Shown: positions 41,817 to 51,701 of the stretch, one piece after another | Layout: each line of letters begins with the position of its first letter | Position numbering within the stretch: position 1 is the stretch's first letter | Virus record (IMG/VR): IMGVR_UViG_3300049044_000033 | Coordinates: 158,796 to 222,795 of that record | Source: a virus | Lineage: Duplodnaviria > Heunggongvirae > Uroviricota > Caudoviricetes | Length of the DNA stretch: 64,000 bases | Direction: 5' to 3' (one strand) | The notes under the pieces: generated by a model | Told to the model about the DNA's origin: nothing | The model's input: the letters and a program-made list of their open reading frames with translations, nothing else | Database searches by the model: none | Program-made: the position numbers and the translations under genes

Positions 41817-42767
41817 TCAACCTCTAACATAACGTTTCCGCAAGTTAGATTCCAAACTATTAAGGAAATCTAAACCGAAACCTGGATTGGCCGCATCCAA
41901 GGCATCATAGAGGTGTTGTGGAATATCATTCTCAATATCAGGACAGAGGGAGGCAACTGCTACAGCTACAGCGGCAGCGCTATCTGTATCTCCTCCACGA
42001 GTTACTGCGTCCTTAATGATATCCGTTAGCGAATCAAAGGTCGTTACCGCATAAGCCATATAGGCAGAAATGCTGCTGGCTTTGATGCTCGTGCCAAGAC
42101 CCCGACTATTGAGATTGACCTGTTGCTCCCACTGGAATTCAGCTTCACTACTTGCCCTCCAGTCAGCAGCCATCATGAGCCAGCCAACTAGATCCTTACG
42201 ATCACCCTTTCTATGAATAAAATAGTGAACGGCTAGAGCTACCAGTTGGGCATGAATAGCCGTCTCCGGATGATGCGTCGTGATTGCCTGAATAGTTGCC
42301 GCCATCTTAACCGACGAGAGCGTGGGGAGAAAACCCAAAGGTGCAACGCCCATTACACTACCATTGCTGGTTTTGTTCCTAGTAACCTTCTCTAGGAATC
42401 CCTCACCAGTTGCTACACTCTTAAGAAGAGCCTGGAAACCACGACTATATCCTTCACGAGGATCAGTATAATAGGCATTCACATACGCGCGAGCATACGC
42501 CAGTGGGTCATAGACGTCCATGCGGTTAGAATAGCTGAGCATCACATTAGTGTTCGCTATAGCCCGCTGAGTGTCGTCAGTATATTGACCAGGTTTGAGT
42601 TCCAGATAGGTCGGATGCTGAACGAATGCACTCAGATCAATCGGGGCAGGTTGATGCTTTATTGAGGTAAACTCCCAACCAATCGCATAGGCGTCGGCAA
42701 CTGCCATTTCAACGAGCATGATGCTCCTCCCAGCGGTTGTTATCCTCGTCCCAGTGTCGGGTATCAT
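41817..42767 (-). CDS. ADP-ribosylglycohydrolase
   Basis: AVADAYA, YTDDTQ, SNGSVM, GGDTDSAAAVA motifs. Confidence 0.87.
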   Translation of the reverse strand: MIPDTGTRITTAGRSIMLVEMAVADAYAIGWEFTSIKHQPAPIDLSAFVQHPTYLELKPGQYTDDTQRAIANTNVMLSYSNRMDVYDPLAYARAYVNAYYTDPREGYSRGFQALLKSVATGEGFLEKVTRNKTSNGSVMGVAPLGFLPTLSSVKMAATIQAITTHHPETAIHAQLVALAVHYFIHRKGDRKDLVGWLMMAADWRASSEAEFQWEQQVNLNSRGLGTSIKASSISAYMAYAVTTFDSLTDIIKDAVTRGGDTDSAAAVAVAVASLCPDIENDIPQHLYDALDAANPGFGLDFLNSLESNLRKRYVRG

Positions 42768-43020
42768 ACATCTGAGCAGCTACCATGAAGCCCAGTAGTG
42801 TCAGAGAGAATCGCGGACCAGCATGATCCGAGCCTGCCCAGTCGACATCAATTTCAAGTTCAAAGAGACGTCCCCATCCCCAATAGTCGGTTTGGACTTC
42901 CCAAGCTTTATGCTTGCCTAGTCGGCCACTATCGGAAAAAGAAAACCACTTGAGGGCTCCGGTGATAAAATCACCACGGGCGCCGATCCAATTCGGCATA
43001 CGGATTGAGAAGCTAATCAT
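42709..43020 (-). CDS. Hypothetical protein
   Basis: Trp-rich 103-aa ORF. Confidence 0.6.
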   Translation of the reverse strand: MISFSIRMPNWIGARGDFITGALKWFSFSDSGRLGKHKAWEVQTDYWGWGRLFELEIDVDWAGSDHAGPRFSLTLLGFMVAAQMYDTRHWDEDNNRWEEHHAR

Positions 43021-43094
43021 ATCCTGTCAATAAGGACATCAGATAGTTTTGTCAAGGGAAAGGCGGAGAAGGCCCAACCCAACCCCGCCTTATG

Positions 43095-43469
43095 TTAGGC
43101 CGCTAGAGCCTTCACATCAGTCCCCGTGGAAGCAAAGATTGCTTCCCACTTTGTTACATCCTCAACCTTAGGAGGATGGTTCTCAATATGCTCACCGTTC
43201 AGCTTTACACTTTTGACCCGACGCATATCAAAACGCCGCATCCCTAACTCGCCACCTGAAACCTGATATCCGTAGAGACTTTCCTTGCCATTCTTGGAGC
43301 CATAAATCCAGGGCTCGACAACACGTTCACAAGGTTCGTCAACTAAGCCGTTCTCGCTCTTGTAGCGAAACACGACTTGAAGTCTATTCTGGATTGCGTC
43401 AACTAGGGTGGGATGCTTTGGCGGCATGCGGTACTCCACTTGCTTTGCTGCGCTTGCTATCAAGCACAA
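43095..43469 (-). CDS. WYL-domain protein
   Basis: VVFRY...ERVVEPW...LYGYQ...RRFDMRRVKSV. Confidence 0.7.
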   Translation of the reverse strand: MCLIASAAKQVEYRMPPKHPTLVDAIQNRLQVVFRYKSENGLVDEPCERVVEPWIYGSKNGKESLYGYQVSGGELGMRRFDMRRVKSVKLNGEHIENHPPKVEDVTKWEAIFASTGTDVKALAA

Positions 43470-43521
43470 CCATATTAGACTTACAAGTTAGTTCAGCGCA
43501 ATAAAAACGCGCTTCGTCGGA

Positions 43522-43980
43522 TTATTCCTTGAGTAGCTTCTGCTTAAAATTAGGAGACTTGAATCGCTCCTTACAAACCTTAGTAGGACTGATATACTGT
43601 GTAGCAACTCGGTCTATATAATAATCGTAAGCGAGGGACTGATTGGGACGTTTCAGCTTAAGAAGTATCAGCTTAGTTTCCTTCCAGGTCCAAGCCAACT
43701 TCATCATCATGATTTCGGATTTAGTGAAATCATAAGCCACGAACATTTTTCTCTCACTGGCGCCAAAAGCGGTCCCGTTCTTACCATAATAATAACCCGG
43801 CATCTCTCTGAACTCATTCAGATGAGTAGGATATTGTTTCCTGAGCCAGTTTACAAATAGGCGCTTGTTAGCTCTTAACTTCCTATCTGTTTCGGTAGCC
43901 CAAGCGGCATAGTCAATGTAAATGTTGAACTTACCGTTACGTCTCTTGTAGATTTTAATCTCACCTTCCAAGTGGTTCAC
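43522..43980 (-). CDS. Hypothetical protein
   Basis: Paralog of 43977..44447 (FVNWLRKQY...EFR...FVAYD...MMKLAW). Confidence 0.65.
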   Translation of the reverse strand: MNHLEGEIKIYKRRNGKFNIYIDYAAWATETDRKLRANKRLFVNWLRKQYPTHLNEFREMPGYYYGKNGTAFGASERKMFVAYDFTKSEIMMMKLAWTWKETKLILLKLKRPNQSLAYDYYIDRVATQYISPTKVCKERFKSPNFKQKLLKE

Positions 43981-44447
43981 TTCTTAGACTCCGTCTTCTT
44001 TTCTAGACGAGCCTTCAAGTCGTCACTAGGTTCCAAGCGCTCTGTTTGGTCTAACTGCCAAACATTCATGTCATAGGAATCCTTACCACTTAGTTCAGCT
44101 TTGGAAGAGGTGAACTGCCAGGATAATTTGATTCGCATCATGTCGTTACGAGATAGATTATAGGCAACGAAACATTTATCGGCGTTGATAGTCTTGTAAC
44201 GGTGGTGATAATATCCTCGGTAACGAGTATCCCTGACTCGCTTCTTAGACATATATCGAAATTCGCTAGGAGTATCCTTGAAGGTACTCCTCAACCACTT
44301 GCAGAACTTCCTTGTATTATCAGCCTTGTTACGCTGCTCTAGGTTATATGCAGAATTCCAAGAGCCCACTGCATTATGGGGTATAATGATCGTCGAGGTA
44401 TCGTCTTCGTTCTCTAAGACAAAGACAGGGTAATCTATGATATTCAT
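43977..44447 (-). CDS. Hypothetical protein
   Basis: FCKWLRSTF...EFR...FVAYN...RIKLSW. Confidence 0.65.
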   Translation of the reverse strand: MNIIDYPVFVLENEDDTSTIIIPHNAVGSWNSAYNLEQRNKADNTRKFCKWLRSTFKDTPSEFRYMSKKRVRDTRYRGYYHHRYKTINADKCFVAYNLSRNDMMRIKLSWQFTSSKAELSGKDSYDMNVWQLDQTERLEPSDDLKARLEKKTESKK

Positions 44448-44887
44448 TACTTGAATTCCGAGGTTACTTCTTGGATCTCATGCGGGACATGATAGACCTC
44501 AAAGGAATCAAAGACCCTCCACATCTCCCCTTCACCCCAGGTATCGATTAGTTCACAGAGCAGTTCGACGTAGAAGTAATCATCACCATTGTCGGGCCGA
44601 ACCCAATCCTCTGGCACGGAATTACCTGCTTCTCGCCATTCCTGGATCTTTTGATCTATATAGACGTTATGGTCAACTGAGCGACTACTATTGCGATACG
44701 AGGACCAAACATCAGTATTGCCTAGAGTCTGGCGACCATTATTGCTTCCAGAGTAGAAGCACTTTGCTATCATGATGTAGAAGCGGACCTCGTCCGCAGT
44801 TAAGCCATCTAGGTCCTTAGTGGCATAATTGTCTGCATCATTCTCCCAAGTCGTAATCTTAAGGAGATAACCAGGTCTGATTGACAT
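44447..44887 (-). CDS. Hypothetical protein
   Basis: ITTWENDADNY motif. Confidence 0.7.
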   Translation of the reverse strand: MSIRPGYLLKITTWENDADNYATKDLDGLTADEVRFYIMIAKCFYSGSNNGRQTLGNTDVWSSYRNSSRSVDHNVYIDQKIQEWREAGNSVPEDWVRPDNGDDYFYVELLCELIDTWGEGEMWRVFDSFEVYHVPHEIQEVTSEFK

Positions 44888-44957
44888 CGTAGATCCTCTT
44901 GTAACCGATCTACGAGCTTGCCCGTTAATCGACCATAAAAGGTCAGCTGATTAGATG

Positions 44958-45224
44958 TCAAATTATAATGCGCTTGCGCTTCTTGATCTCATCAATAGTG
45001 ATCACGGACTTGGAATCATGTGATTCCAAGAGTGACTGACACTCGTCGAGTGATTTCTTGTATGCTTGGATCAAGGGTTTGTCGAAGTGATCACGAACTG
45101 TGAATGCTAGATTCCAACCAATTAGGAAGGCAAAAGCAACCCACCAACGACTTACGCCCTTGCGAGTTTGTCCACCGTTAGCGCGCTGATCACGTTCTTG
45201 GATAACTTGGTCGTTGACTTGCAT
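44958..45224 (-). CDS. Small membrane protein
   Basis: Single TM segment. Confidence 0.5.
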   Translation of the reverse strand: MQVNDQVIQERDQRANGGQTRKGVSRWWVAFAFLIGWNLAFTVRDHFDKPLIQAYKKSLDECQSLLESHDSKSVITIDEIKKRKRIII

Positions 45225-45508
45225 TCTTTGATCTCGACATCGTCTTCTCGATCTTTCGTGTGGATCTTGACCACACGAACATGCACCTTGCCGGTTTTGC
45301 CGATGCGAGTTACTTTACCCACAGAAGCTGTCGGATATCCAGCCCAATGAACAAACATCAGAAAGTCCCCGATGTCTATTTCGTCACCATGTCTATCCTT
45401 GGGCCAGCGATGACCCTTGGAAAGTTGGATGCGTTCCGGCTTATCCGACTCTTCTGTCATATCATGCCTTTTTGATGGTCTTCTTCTCGTCAACCGTATA
45501 GAGCACAT
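45152..45508 (-). CDS. Hypothetical protein, paralog family A
   Basis: KDRHGDEIDIGDFL...GKVTRI...G.V.V...LAR. Confidence 0.65.
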   Translation of the reverse strand: MCSIRLTRRRPSKRHDMTEESDKPERIQLSKGHRWPKDRHGDEIDIGDFLMFVHWAGYPTASVGKVTRIGKTGKVHVRVVKIHTKDREDDVEIKECKSTTKLSKNVISALTVDKLARA

Positions 45509-45752
45509 TCCCGCCGGTCTTCTTGAAGCAGATCTGACCTACCACGACGCTGTTGTCTTTCTTCGTAGCAATAAAGCCCCGACCCTTGCCCATCGAACCG
45601 CAGGAGAATGCTTCCCTGATAGCTACCTTGCTGTAACCCTTGCTTTCGAGGTGCTTATAGAGATCATCGCTGCGAACCATAGGCTGCGATCCACAAGCCG
45701 CAAGCGCGAAAGCAATAAAAATAGAAAGCTTCTTCATGTTTTCTCCTATCAA
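45462..45752 (-). CDS. Putative lipoprotein
   Basis: Lipobox ALAAC. Confidence 0.6.
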   Translation of the reverse strand: MIGENMKKLSIFIAFALAACGSQPMVRSDDLYKHLESKGYSKVAIREAFSCGSMGKGRGFIATKKDNSVVVGQICFKKTGGNVLYTVDEKKTIKKA

Positions 45753-45802
45753 CCCATTAAACTTAAAGCTCAGGTCTTCTAGAAGTCAACAACTTCGAAG
45801 AG

Positions 45803-46093
45803 TTATGCCGCAGGCTTTGCGATCGCCTTGACCTTCGGGGTGCAGGGGATGGAAGTCAATCCAAAAACAGTAGCCATCCTATATCCTCCTCGGAAAGCAT
45901 TTCCAGGGACTCGATCAGAGCTCAGACCCGCAACAAAGCAGAGATCCGTCCGAACATCATAGATGTAACGAACCTGAACCTCCTTCATTTCGATTTGCTG
46001 TTTACCTGCTTCTTCTCTAGCAGCTTGCTTTTCTTTTTCACTCGAACAACCTGCAAGTAGAACCGCAACAGCGAGGACAAATCCGATCTTCAT
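45803..46093 (-). CDS. Putative lipoprotein
   Basis: Lipobox LLAGC. Confidence 0.65.
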   Translation of the reverse strand: MKIGFVLAVAVLLAGCSSEKEKQAAREEAGKQQIEMKEVQVRYIYDVRTDLCFVAGLSSDRVPGNAFRGGYRMATVFGLTSIPCTPKVKAIAKPAA

Positions 46094-46157
46094 TTTCTAT
46101 CTCCTGAGTGTGTTTCGATAATCCCAACATACACTCAGGAGATAGGTTGTCAACCAC

Positions 46158-46862
46158 TTAGGAGGATAGACGAGCCAACATTAACCGGTCCATCAAATCC
46201 TTAGACATGATGACTATGAGGCTGTTATCTTTGATCTTCTTCTCAGCCGACTTATCAGAATCCGTGAGCTTGATGTTTGTGGCATACACGGTACCATCAG
46301 CTTCAATCTTGGTCACCTTACCATAGTAGATTCCGGCATTGTTGCTGTCGTTGTCAAAGTTGTAGAGGATGTAGGATATGAAATCACCCTTCTGGATTTC
46401 ACGACCCAACTTATCCTTGGGAATCACGAGAGGAACCTCAGGCTTTTCCCACTTCCATACAGTACCACCTGTGTGATTAGGGAGCCATTCCAAAGCCCAG
46501 CTGTTATTGGCATCAACTTTGTTGCTTCGACCATCCCATTTCACGTAACCATCAAAAGCTATAGTGGAGAAAGCGTCTGCCGGTGGCGTATGGGTATCAG
46601 GATCAAGCCATGTCCGAATACCAGTATTCCTCCCCCATCGATAGTCATATCTGCCGTAAAGAAGGTTCTGGATACATTCATTCTTGAGAATCAGTTTGCC
46701 AATTGAACCAGTTCTGCGAAGATCTGCTTGTTTAGTAAACTGAACATAGATAGTTTCACCGGCCTGATACCTACGATACAGTTCAGCCATTTGGTTCTTC
46801 CAAGCAGGAATATGGCGATTAGTATAATGGTTCATTGAAATTACATCAGGAAGTTTAGTCAT
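46158..46862 (-). CDS. Hypothetical protein, paralog family A
   Basis: KDKLGREIQKGDFI...GKVTKI...LMLARLS. Confidence 0.7.
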   Translation of the reverse strand: MTKLPDVISMNHYTNRHIPAWKNQMAELYRRYQAGETIYVQFTKQADLRRTGSIGKLILKNECIQNLLYGRYDYRWGRNTGIRTWLDPDTHTPPADAFSTIAFDGYVKWDGRSNKVDANNSWALEWLPNHTGGTVWKWEKPEVPLVIPKDKLGREIQKGDFISYILYNFDNDSNNAGIYYGKVTKIEADGTVYATNIKLTDSDKSAEKKIKDNSLIVIMSKDLMDRLMLARLSS

Positions 46863-46866
46863 AACT

Positions 46867-47559
46867 TCAATCCGCAGAGAGACGAGCCATAGTCAAGCGG
46901 CTCATCAGTTTATCATTAACAATCACGAGGGCACCGGCTTCATAGGCTTTGAGCTCTTCACCGGCTGAATCACCGTCGCGCAACTTGAGTGTCTTTACAA
47001 AAACACCACCTTTATCGGTCAGTCGAGTCACTGAACCAAACTTCATAGACACCCGTCCATAGAGTCGATGGACAAAACACACGAACTGGCCTACTTCAAT
47101 TTCCTGACCCAAGTGATCATAGGGAATAACTCTGGGCGGTTTTGGCTTTGATTCTCCCTTGGTCCAATGCCAGATCGTGCCTATCTTCGGATCCCAATCG
47201 GGTAGATACTCAACTTCGCCGGCGTAGGGCGAGCACTTATTCTTGCGACCATCCCACACAACCTCAAGGTCTCGGACATACAAATAGTCGTTAGAGTTCC
47301 AGTATGAAGAGTGGCCAGGGTGGTAGTTGAATGTAGCCGTAGATAGTCGACCCACTGAACCCTTGCGACGCTCGTCTAGGATCTGAACGTAAACTGGTTC
47401 ACCCTTGGTCAACTTATCTTCAATCTCGTTCTTGAGATTGAGATAATGATCTCGATTCGACGCCGTTAGGGTGCTGCCCCAAGTCCCGTCCGAAAGCGCG
47501 ACTCCTTCTTCATAGAAGCCTAACGTTTCAGCTTCTTGATCGTCTTGTTCTTCCAACAT
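46867..47559 (-). CDS. Hypothetical protein, paralog family A
   Basis: YDHLGQEIEVGQFV...GSVTRL...LTMARLS. Confidence 0.7.
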   Translation of the reverse strand: MLEEQDDQEAETLGFYEEGVALSDGTWGSTLTASNRDHYLNLKNEIEDKLTKGEPVYVQILDERRKGSVGRLSTATFNYHPGHSSYWNSNDYLYVRDLEVVWDGRKNKCSPYAGEVEYLPDWDPKIGTIWHWTKGESKPKPPRVIPYDHLGQEIEVGQFVCFVHRLYGRVSMKFGSVTRLTDKGGVFVKTLKLRDGDSAGEELKAYEAGALVIVNDKLMSRLTMARLSAD

Positions 47560-47650
47560 TATGCCTCACCAGGTTATTCGATCTGGCTCGGCACATATGA
47601 GTGGAGCATCCCGTATGTTTAACGGGATGCCCACCTATTTGTCTATATTC

Positions 47651-47884
47651 TTAGATAGTGTGGTCGATAATCCGATCGGGAAGAAGAATCCAGATTCGTG
47701 CTATCTCTGGGAAGGGCTTGCCCTGTTGTGCCATATACTTCTTCCCGAACTCTATATCTGTGAGCACATCTCGAATCAATTCGTCATCGGTGCGGGTGAT
47801 TTCAATATAACCACCATAGACCTTCCCACGCTTGATGCACTGGTTCTCGCCATCCATGTAGTGAACGGGTAGCTGTATGCTCAT
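47651..47884 (-). CDS. Hypothetical protein
   Basis: 77-aa ORF coupled to the HD gene. Confidence 0.55.
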   Translation of the reverse strand: MSIQLPVHYMDGENQCIKRGKVYGGYIEITRTDDELIRDVLTDIEFGKKYMAQQGKPFPEIARIWILLPDRIIDHTI

Positions 47885-48516
47885 GCTGGCTCCGCCGCAC
47901 TATGAACTGCCTCAATGAATTCAATCTGACTGTTGAGGATATGCTTGATATTCTCGTAGGCGTTGACCTGGTGCGGGAAAAGTCGACGGGCCTTCTTCAG
48001 CATGGGGAGGAAGAGAACGTGAACTTCCTCAATATAGGCCTTCTGCTTCTCTGTCTTAAACACACCGACCATCGTTTGAAGATTGTGCATCCTATCACAA
48101 CCTTTGGCAATGCTTGCGATGGGATCCTCAGCCATTGCTTCAAAGAGAGCGTTCTCATCCTTCTTCAGACCCCGGAACTCCTTGGTCATATTTTCCACTG
48201 CCCGACTTACGCGAGCAGCAAATTCCGGATTCTCGAAAAACAGGTCTCGGATCTCTCCATCCGATACACCGTAGTCTTCCCGAACGTCATGGAGCATAAT
48301 AGTTGCGATGACTTCTTGCCGATACATGAGGTCGGGAAGTGTCAGGGCAAAGAGAGCAATCTCAACTTGATGTTGGAACTCGGGAGTAATGCCATCCTTG
48401 CGGGTTCCAGTATGGAATCGAATCGCAAATTCCAAAGCAGCCAGCGCATGATGGTAACGGGCTCCGATGAGCTGGTTACGCAGCGTCAGCATCTTCTTTT
48501 GGAACTTGGTGGTCAT
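47881..48516 (-). CDS. HD-domain hydrolase, RelA/SpoT (ppGpp) hydrolase-like
   Basis: HTGTRKDGITPEFQH, MLHDVRED, IAKGCDRMHNL motifs. Confidence 0.85.
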   Translation of the reverse strand: MTTKFQKKMLTLRNQLIGARYHHALAALEFAIRFHTGTRKDGITPEFQHQVEIALFALTLPDLMYRQEVIATIMLHDVREDYGVSDGEIRDLFFENPEFAARVSRAVENMTKEFRGLKKDENALFEAMAEDPIASIAKGCDRMHNLQTMVGVFKTEKQKAYIEEVHVLFLPMLKKARRLFPHQVNAYENIKHILNSQIEFIEAVHSAAEPA

Positions 48517-48574
48517 CAGCTTCTCCTCTGTTGTGACCTAATAGAAACATAGGTTACACCAGGTGTCAACCGAT

Positions 48575-48988
48575 TTATTGGCCGCCAAATGTTAGCTTGT
48601 AGATAAGGGCATCACTCTTTAGTTCAAAGGTCATTCCATCCTTTTCATAGGAGTAATTGCCCTTACAGTTCTTTTTCAACCAACCTGATCGTTTCAAGAG
48701 GGTCTTGCCGAAAACTTTGTGCTTGAAGCCGGCTTCGGAGAAATACTTAGGATCACGCGCATAAGACCATGATCGAGTTCGCTTCAAGAATTCATCAAAA
48801 GTCTCATCCCCTTGGCGCATCCCAGGGTCTCGAAATAATCGAAGAAAGCCAGTTTCCTTTGCTCTGATTTCATCAGGTGTTGTCGGCGGACTTTTATAAT
48901 ATTCGTCAAGGAGACGGTCTCTTTCCATACGAGCATCTCGTTCTTGAAAATACCAGTCGCTTAGGTCCGTCATACGATCTCCTTTCAA
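48575..48988 (-). CDS. Hypothetical protein, A-x-x-F-K-L family
   Basis: Ends DALIYKLTFGGQ. Confidence 0.6.
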   Translation of the reverse strand: MKGDRMTDLSDWYFQERDARMERDRLLDEYYKSPPTTPDEIRAKETGFLRLFRDPGMRQGDETFDEFLKRTRSWSYARDPKYFSEAGFKHKVFGKTLLKRSGWLKKNCKGNYSYEKDGMTFELKSDALIYKLTFGGQ

Positions 48989-49024
48989 CTCTGAATATAT
49001 CCAGAATTCTAGGAGTCAACCGAT

Positions 49025-49468
49025 TTATAGATAGGAGATTATAAAGAGGTAGCCTCGACCTTCGATCATATTGCCCGAGATATGACGAGCGCCAGGACAT
49101 GCTGACAAGATGTCATTCATGTATTGCTGTTTGGTTTTGCCCATAAAGGGCGGTGGAACCATCATGTGGATAACACCCTGTCGACCAAATAGGATCTCAT
49201 TAGGGGCAGGGCTAAGGGCATTGAGACTATCGTAGAGAGTGCCTAGAGAAAGCCCTGTGAGAAAGGGTCGGTCTAGGTCTTCCTCGCTTACATTGGTCGA
49301 CGTGGTTATGCGCGAGCGGGGCTGTGCGGGCAATTTAGAGCGCAAATTATCCAGTCGGGACAACGCAACCAAGCGAACAGTTTCTTCGGTCCCTGGATGA
49401 GCAATTAGCTCTTCAAGTTTCTCGATTGTTGATCGGTTGTCTTCAAATAGATATTCTCGAGCCCGCAC
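49025..49468 (-). CDS. Putative late/virion protein
   Basis: TAAATA upstream; MRAREYLFE N-terminus. Confidence 0.6.
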   Translation of the reverse strand: MRAREYLFEDNRSTIEKLEELIAHPGTEETVRLVALSRLDNLRSKLPAQPRSRITTSTNVSEEDLDRPFLTGLSLGTLYDSLNALSPAPNEILFGRQGVIHMMVPPPFMGKTKQQYMNDILSACPGARHISGNMIEGRGYLFIISYL

Positions 49469-49505
49469 GACTATCCCCTGTGTAGATTAACTACACATAT
49501 TTAGT

Positions 49506-49964
49506 CTAGTCCTCCTCGTCGGACTCTTCATCATCGAGGCGATTATATTCCTCGTCGATGTGACCGTTCTCTATGGCTTGGTTCAGTGCCTCTTCCACAA
49601 TTCCCAGATCGTGAGCATAAAAGCCTTGACGACTGTGGAAATCGATAATCTGGTCCAGATCCGTGATCTCTTCAAGACCAACTGTGTCCCAGAAGTCTAG
49701 AGTGACTTCACTGTGCTTACCCGCAAAGTCAGTATAGCAAGCCGAATGGCCTGAAAGGGCATTGTAGATCTTAGCCCACTCTTCCTTGTCATAGATCTGA
49801 CAATCTTCGATTTCTGCCACACGACCATAGCGGAAGTTAATTTTTACCAAGACGCTTTTGCGGAAGCGGAAGAAATTCCTCTGCTTGTCAACTTCCTCCC
49901 AGGTCATGGCAAGAATGCCAGCGACCTCAATGCCTTCTTCAGTAATCCCAATATCAGCCATCAA
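49506..49964 (-). CDS. Acidic hypothetical protein
   Basis: 152-aa ORF. Confidence 0.65.
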   Translation of the reverse strand: MMADIGITEEGIEVAGILAMTWEEVDKQRNFFRFRKSVLVKINFRYGRVAEIEDCQIYDKEEWAKIYNALSGHSACYTDFAGKHSEVTLDFWDTVGLEEITDLDQIIDFHSRQGFYAHDLGIVEEALNQAIENGHIDEEYNRLDDEESDEED

Positions 49965-51645
49965 CTTCTTCCTTCAGAGTTTCTAGATCCAGAGCCGTAA
50001 CCTTGAGGTTACCTTGGTAGGCCAGCTTAAACATCAAGGCAGCACTCTTATTTGCGAAGCTCACTGCCAGAGACTTGTGGTCAACGGCTTGCTTGAACGT
50101 GCCCTTCTTCAGCTTAAGGCTCGCTACGGCACTAGCAATCAGCTGCTTCTCCTCTGGGGTGATTGCTGTCTTGTCGCCGTGGTATCCAATAGCATCTAGC
50201 TTGTCTTCGTTAGTTTCGGTGAAGACAACCATTCCCTTCTGGCTATCAAGCAAGTTGGCTTTCTCGAGTGCCTTGTAGCAAGTGCGAACCGATGACCCAA
50301 ACTTTACAGTGAGGGCACGAAGTTCCCAAGTGCGCTTGAACCATTCATGGAAGTCTTCAACTGGACCGATTTCCTTCCGAGCCAGTTTGTCAAACTTGAC
50401 CAGTTCCCAATCTTCATCGAGATTGAATGTCTTACCACCCTGATCCCATTCAGGCATTGCTTCATCAGAGCCAGGCAAGTCTACATAATATCCGGTCATA
50501 GACAAGATGCTTGTCTTGGCGCGACCAAGGTTGTCCCACTTCTTGCCCTTCATAAAGGTGTCGACCATTTCCTGATCGTTCACATCGAAGGGTTGGTCGC
50601 CATTCTCTTCCCAGCGATTATAATTGGAAGCCTTGTAATAGGTCTGGGTAGGCTTATGGCGCAGAACCCAAACATCAACAGTCGGGATGCTCTCAGCCTC
50701 AATATAGTCCTTGATGTGACTATACTCCAGACATACCGCGTTCTTTTCGCCGTCGAATAACGCAACTGCGGCGTTCGTGTATTTCTCACCATAATAGCCA
50801 TAAGGCATAAAATAGGTGTGGAACTTGCCACAAACTGTGAATATCTCACCGGCCTTGATGCTACGATAAAGGGTCGGGGTATATTCGCCGAGGCTTTCCT
50901 TCAACTCTTCCATCTTTGCCAGATGGTCTTGGTGCCATTGATGGTAGACCTTATATTCGGCATCTGTCCTCGTATTACTGGGACAGGGATTTGCATCCTT
51001 CCATTCCGTCAGAGCTGCCTTATACTTGGGGTTCTCGGCACCATACATGATGTCCACGTCTTGTGCGAACTTCCAGCGGCTCTTGTTGACCATCTGTTGA
51101 CGCAGATTGACCTTCGGTTGCTTCTTGCGAGCCTCTGGCTTCTCAGCGAGTTGCAGATGCTTTGCGAAAGCTGCTTTGTTGTCATTCGTCCAGAATACGA
51201 TCACATCATCGGGAGTAAAACGAGATTCACCGAGTTTGATATATTCTTCACGAATAGCAGAATCAGCTTTGTGGTTAGCTTGCCAAGCGGCTGACCATTC
51301 TTCTTCCTTCTCCGGAATGATTTCCATACGATCATATGCGTCGTAGGTATAAGTCCCACCCCGACCGTTATTGACCTGACGAGCCGGATAATGAACTTTG
51401 TGGCTCAAAGAGAGTTGGATCTTTTCGAGCTCATTACGCAGTTCTTCTTGACGTCGTTCCCGTTCGTCCTTCTCTACCTGCGTCAGCATGGTTTCTGCAT
51501 TAGGCAAAGCCGTGTGACTGATCTCAACAGTAACCTCTTTGCTTGTAACACCCGTAGAGGTGCCATTCCAGCGGTTGATAAGAGGTGTGCCCTTAGGGAC
51601 TTTCACGTAAAGGCCCTTTTGGAACGGGCTGCTATTGAGATCCAT
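49954..51645 (-). CDS. Hypothetical protein
   Basis: 563 aa; near the C-terminus SAALMFKLAYQG. Confidence 0.75.
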   Translation of the reverse strand: MDLNSSPFQKGLYVKVPKGTPLINRWNGTSTGVTSKEVTVEISHTALPNAETMLTQVEKDERERRQEELRNELEKIQLSLSHKVHYPARQVNNGRGGTYTYDAYDRMEIIPEKEEEWSAAWQANHKADSAIREEYIKLGESRFTPDDVIVFWTNDNKAAFAKHLQLAEKPEARKKQPKVNLRQQMVNKSRWKFAQDVDIMYGAENPKYKAALTEWKDANPCPSNTRTDAEYKVYHQWHQDHLAKMEELKESLGEYTPTLYRSIKAGEIFTVCGKFHTYFMPYGYYGEKYTNAAVALFDGEKNAVCLEYSHIKDYIEAESIPTVDVWVLRHKPTQTYYKASNYNRWEENGDQPFDVNDQEMVDTFMKGKKWDNLGRAKTSILSMTGYYVDLPGSDEAMPEWDQGGKTFNLDEDWELVKFDKLARKEIGPVEDFHEWFKRTWELRALTVKFGSSVRTCYKALEKANLLDSQKGMVVFTETNEDKLDAIGYHGDKTAITPEEKQLIASAVASLKLKKGTFKQAVDHKSLAVSFANKSAALMFKLAYQGNLKVTALDLETLKEEVDG

Positions 51646-51701
51646 GACGACTCCTTTGAATACAAAGGGACATTAACACCTAATAGGCAATTCGCAAGTA
51701 G

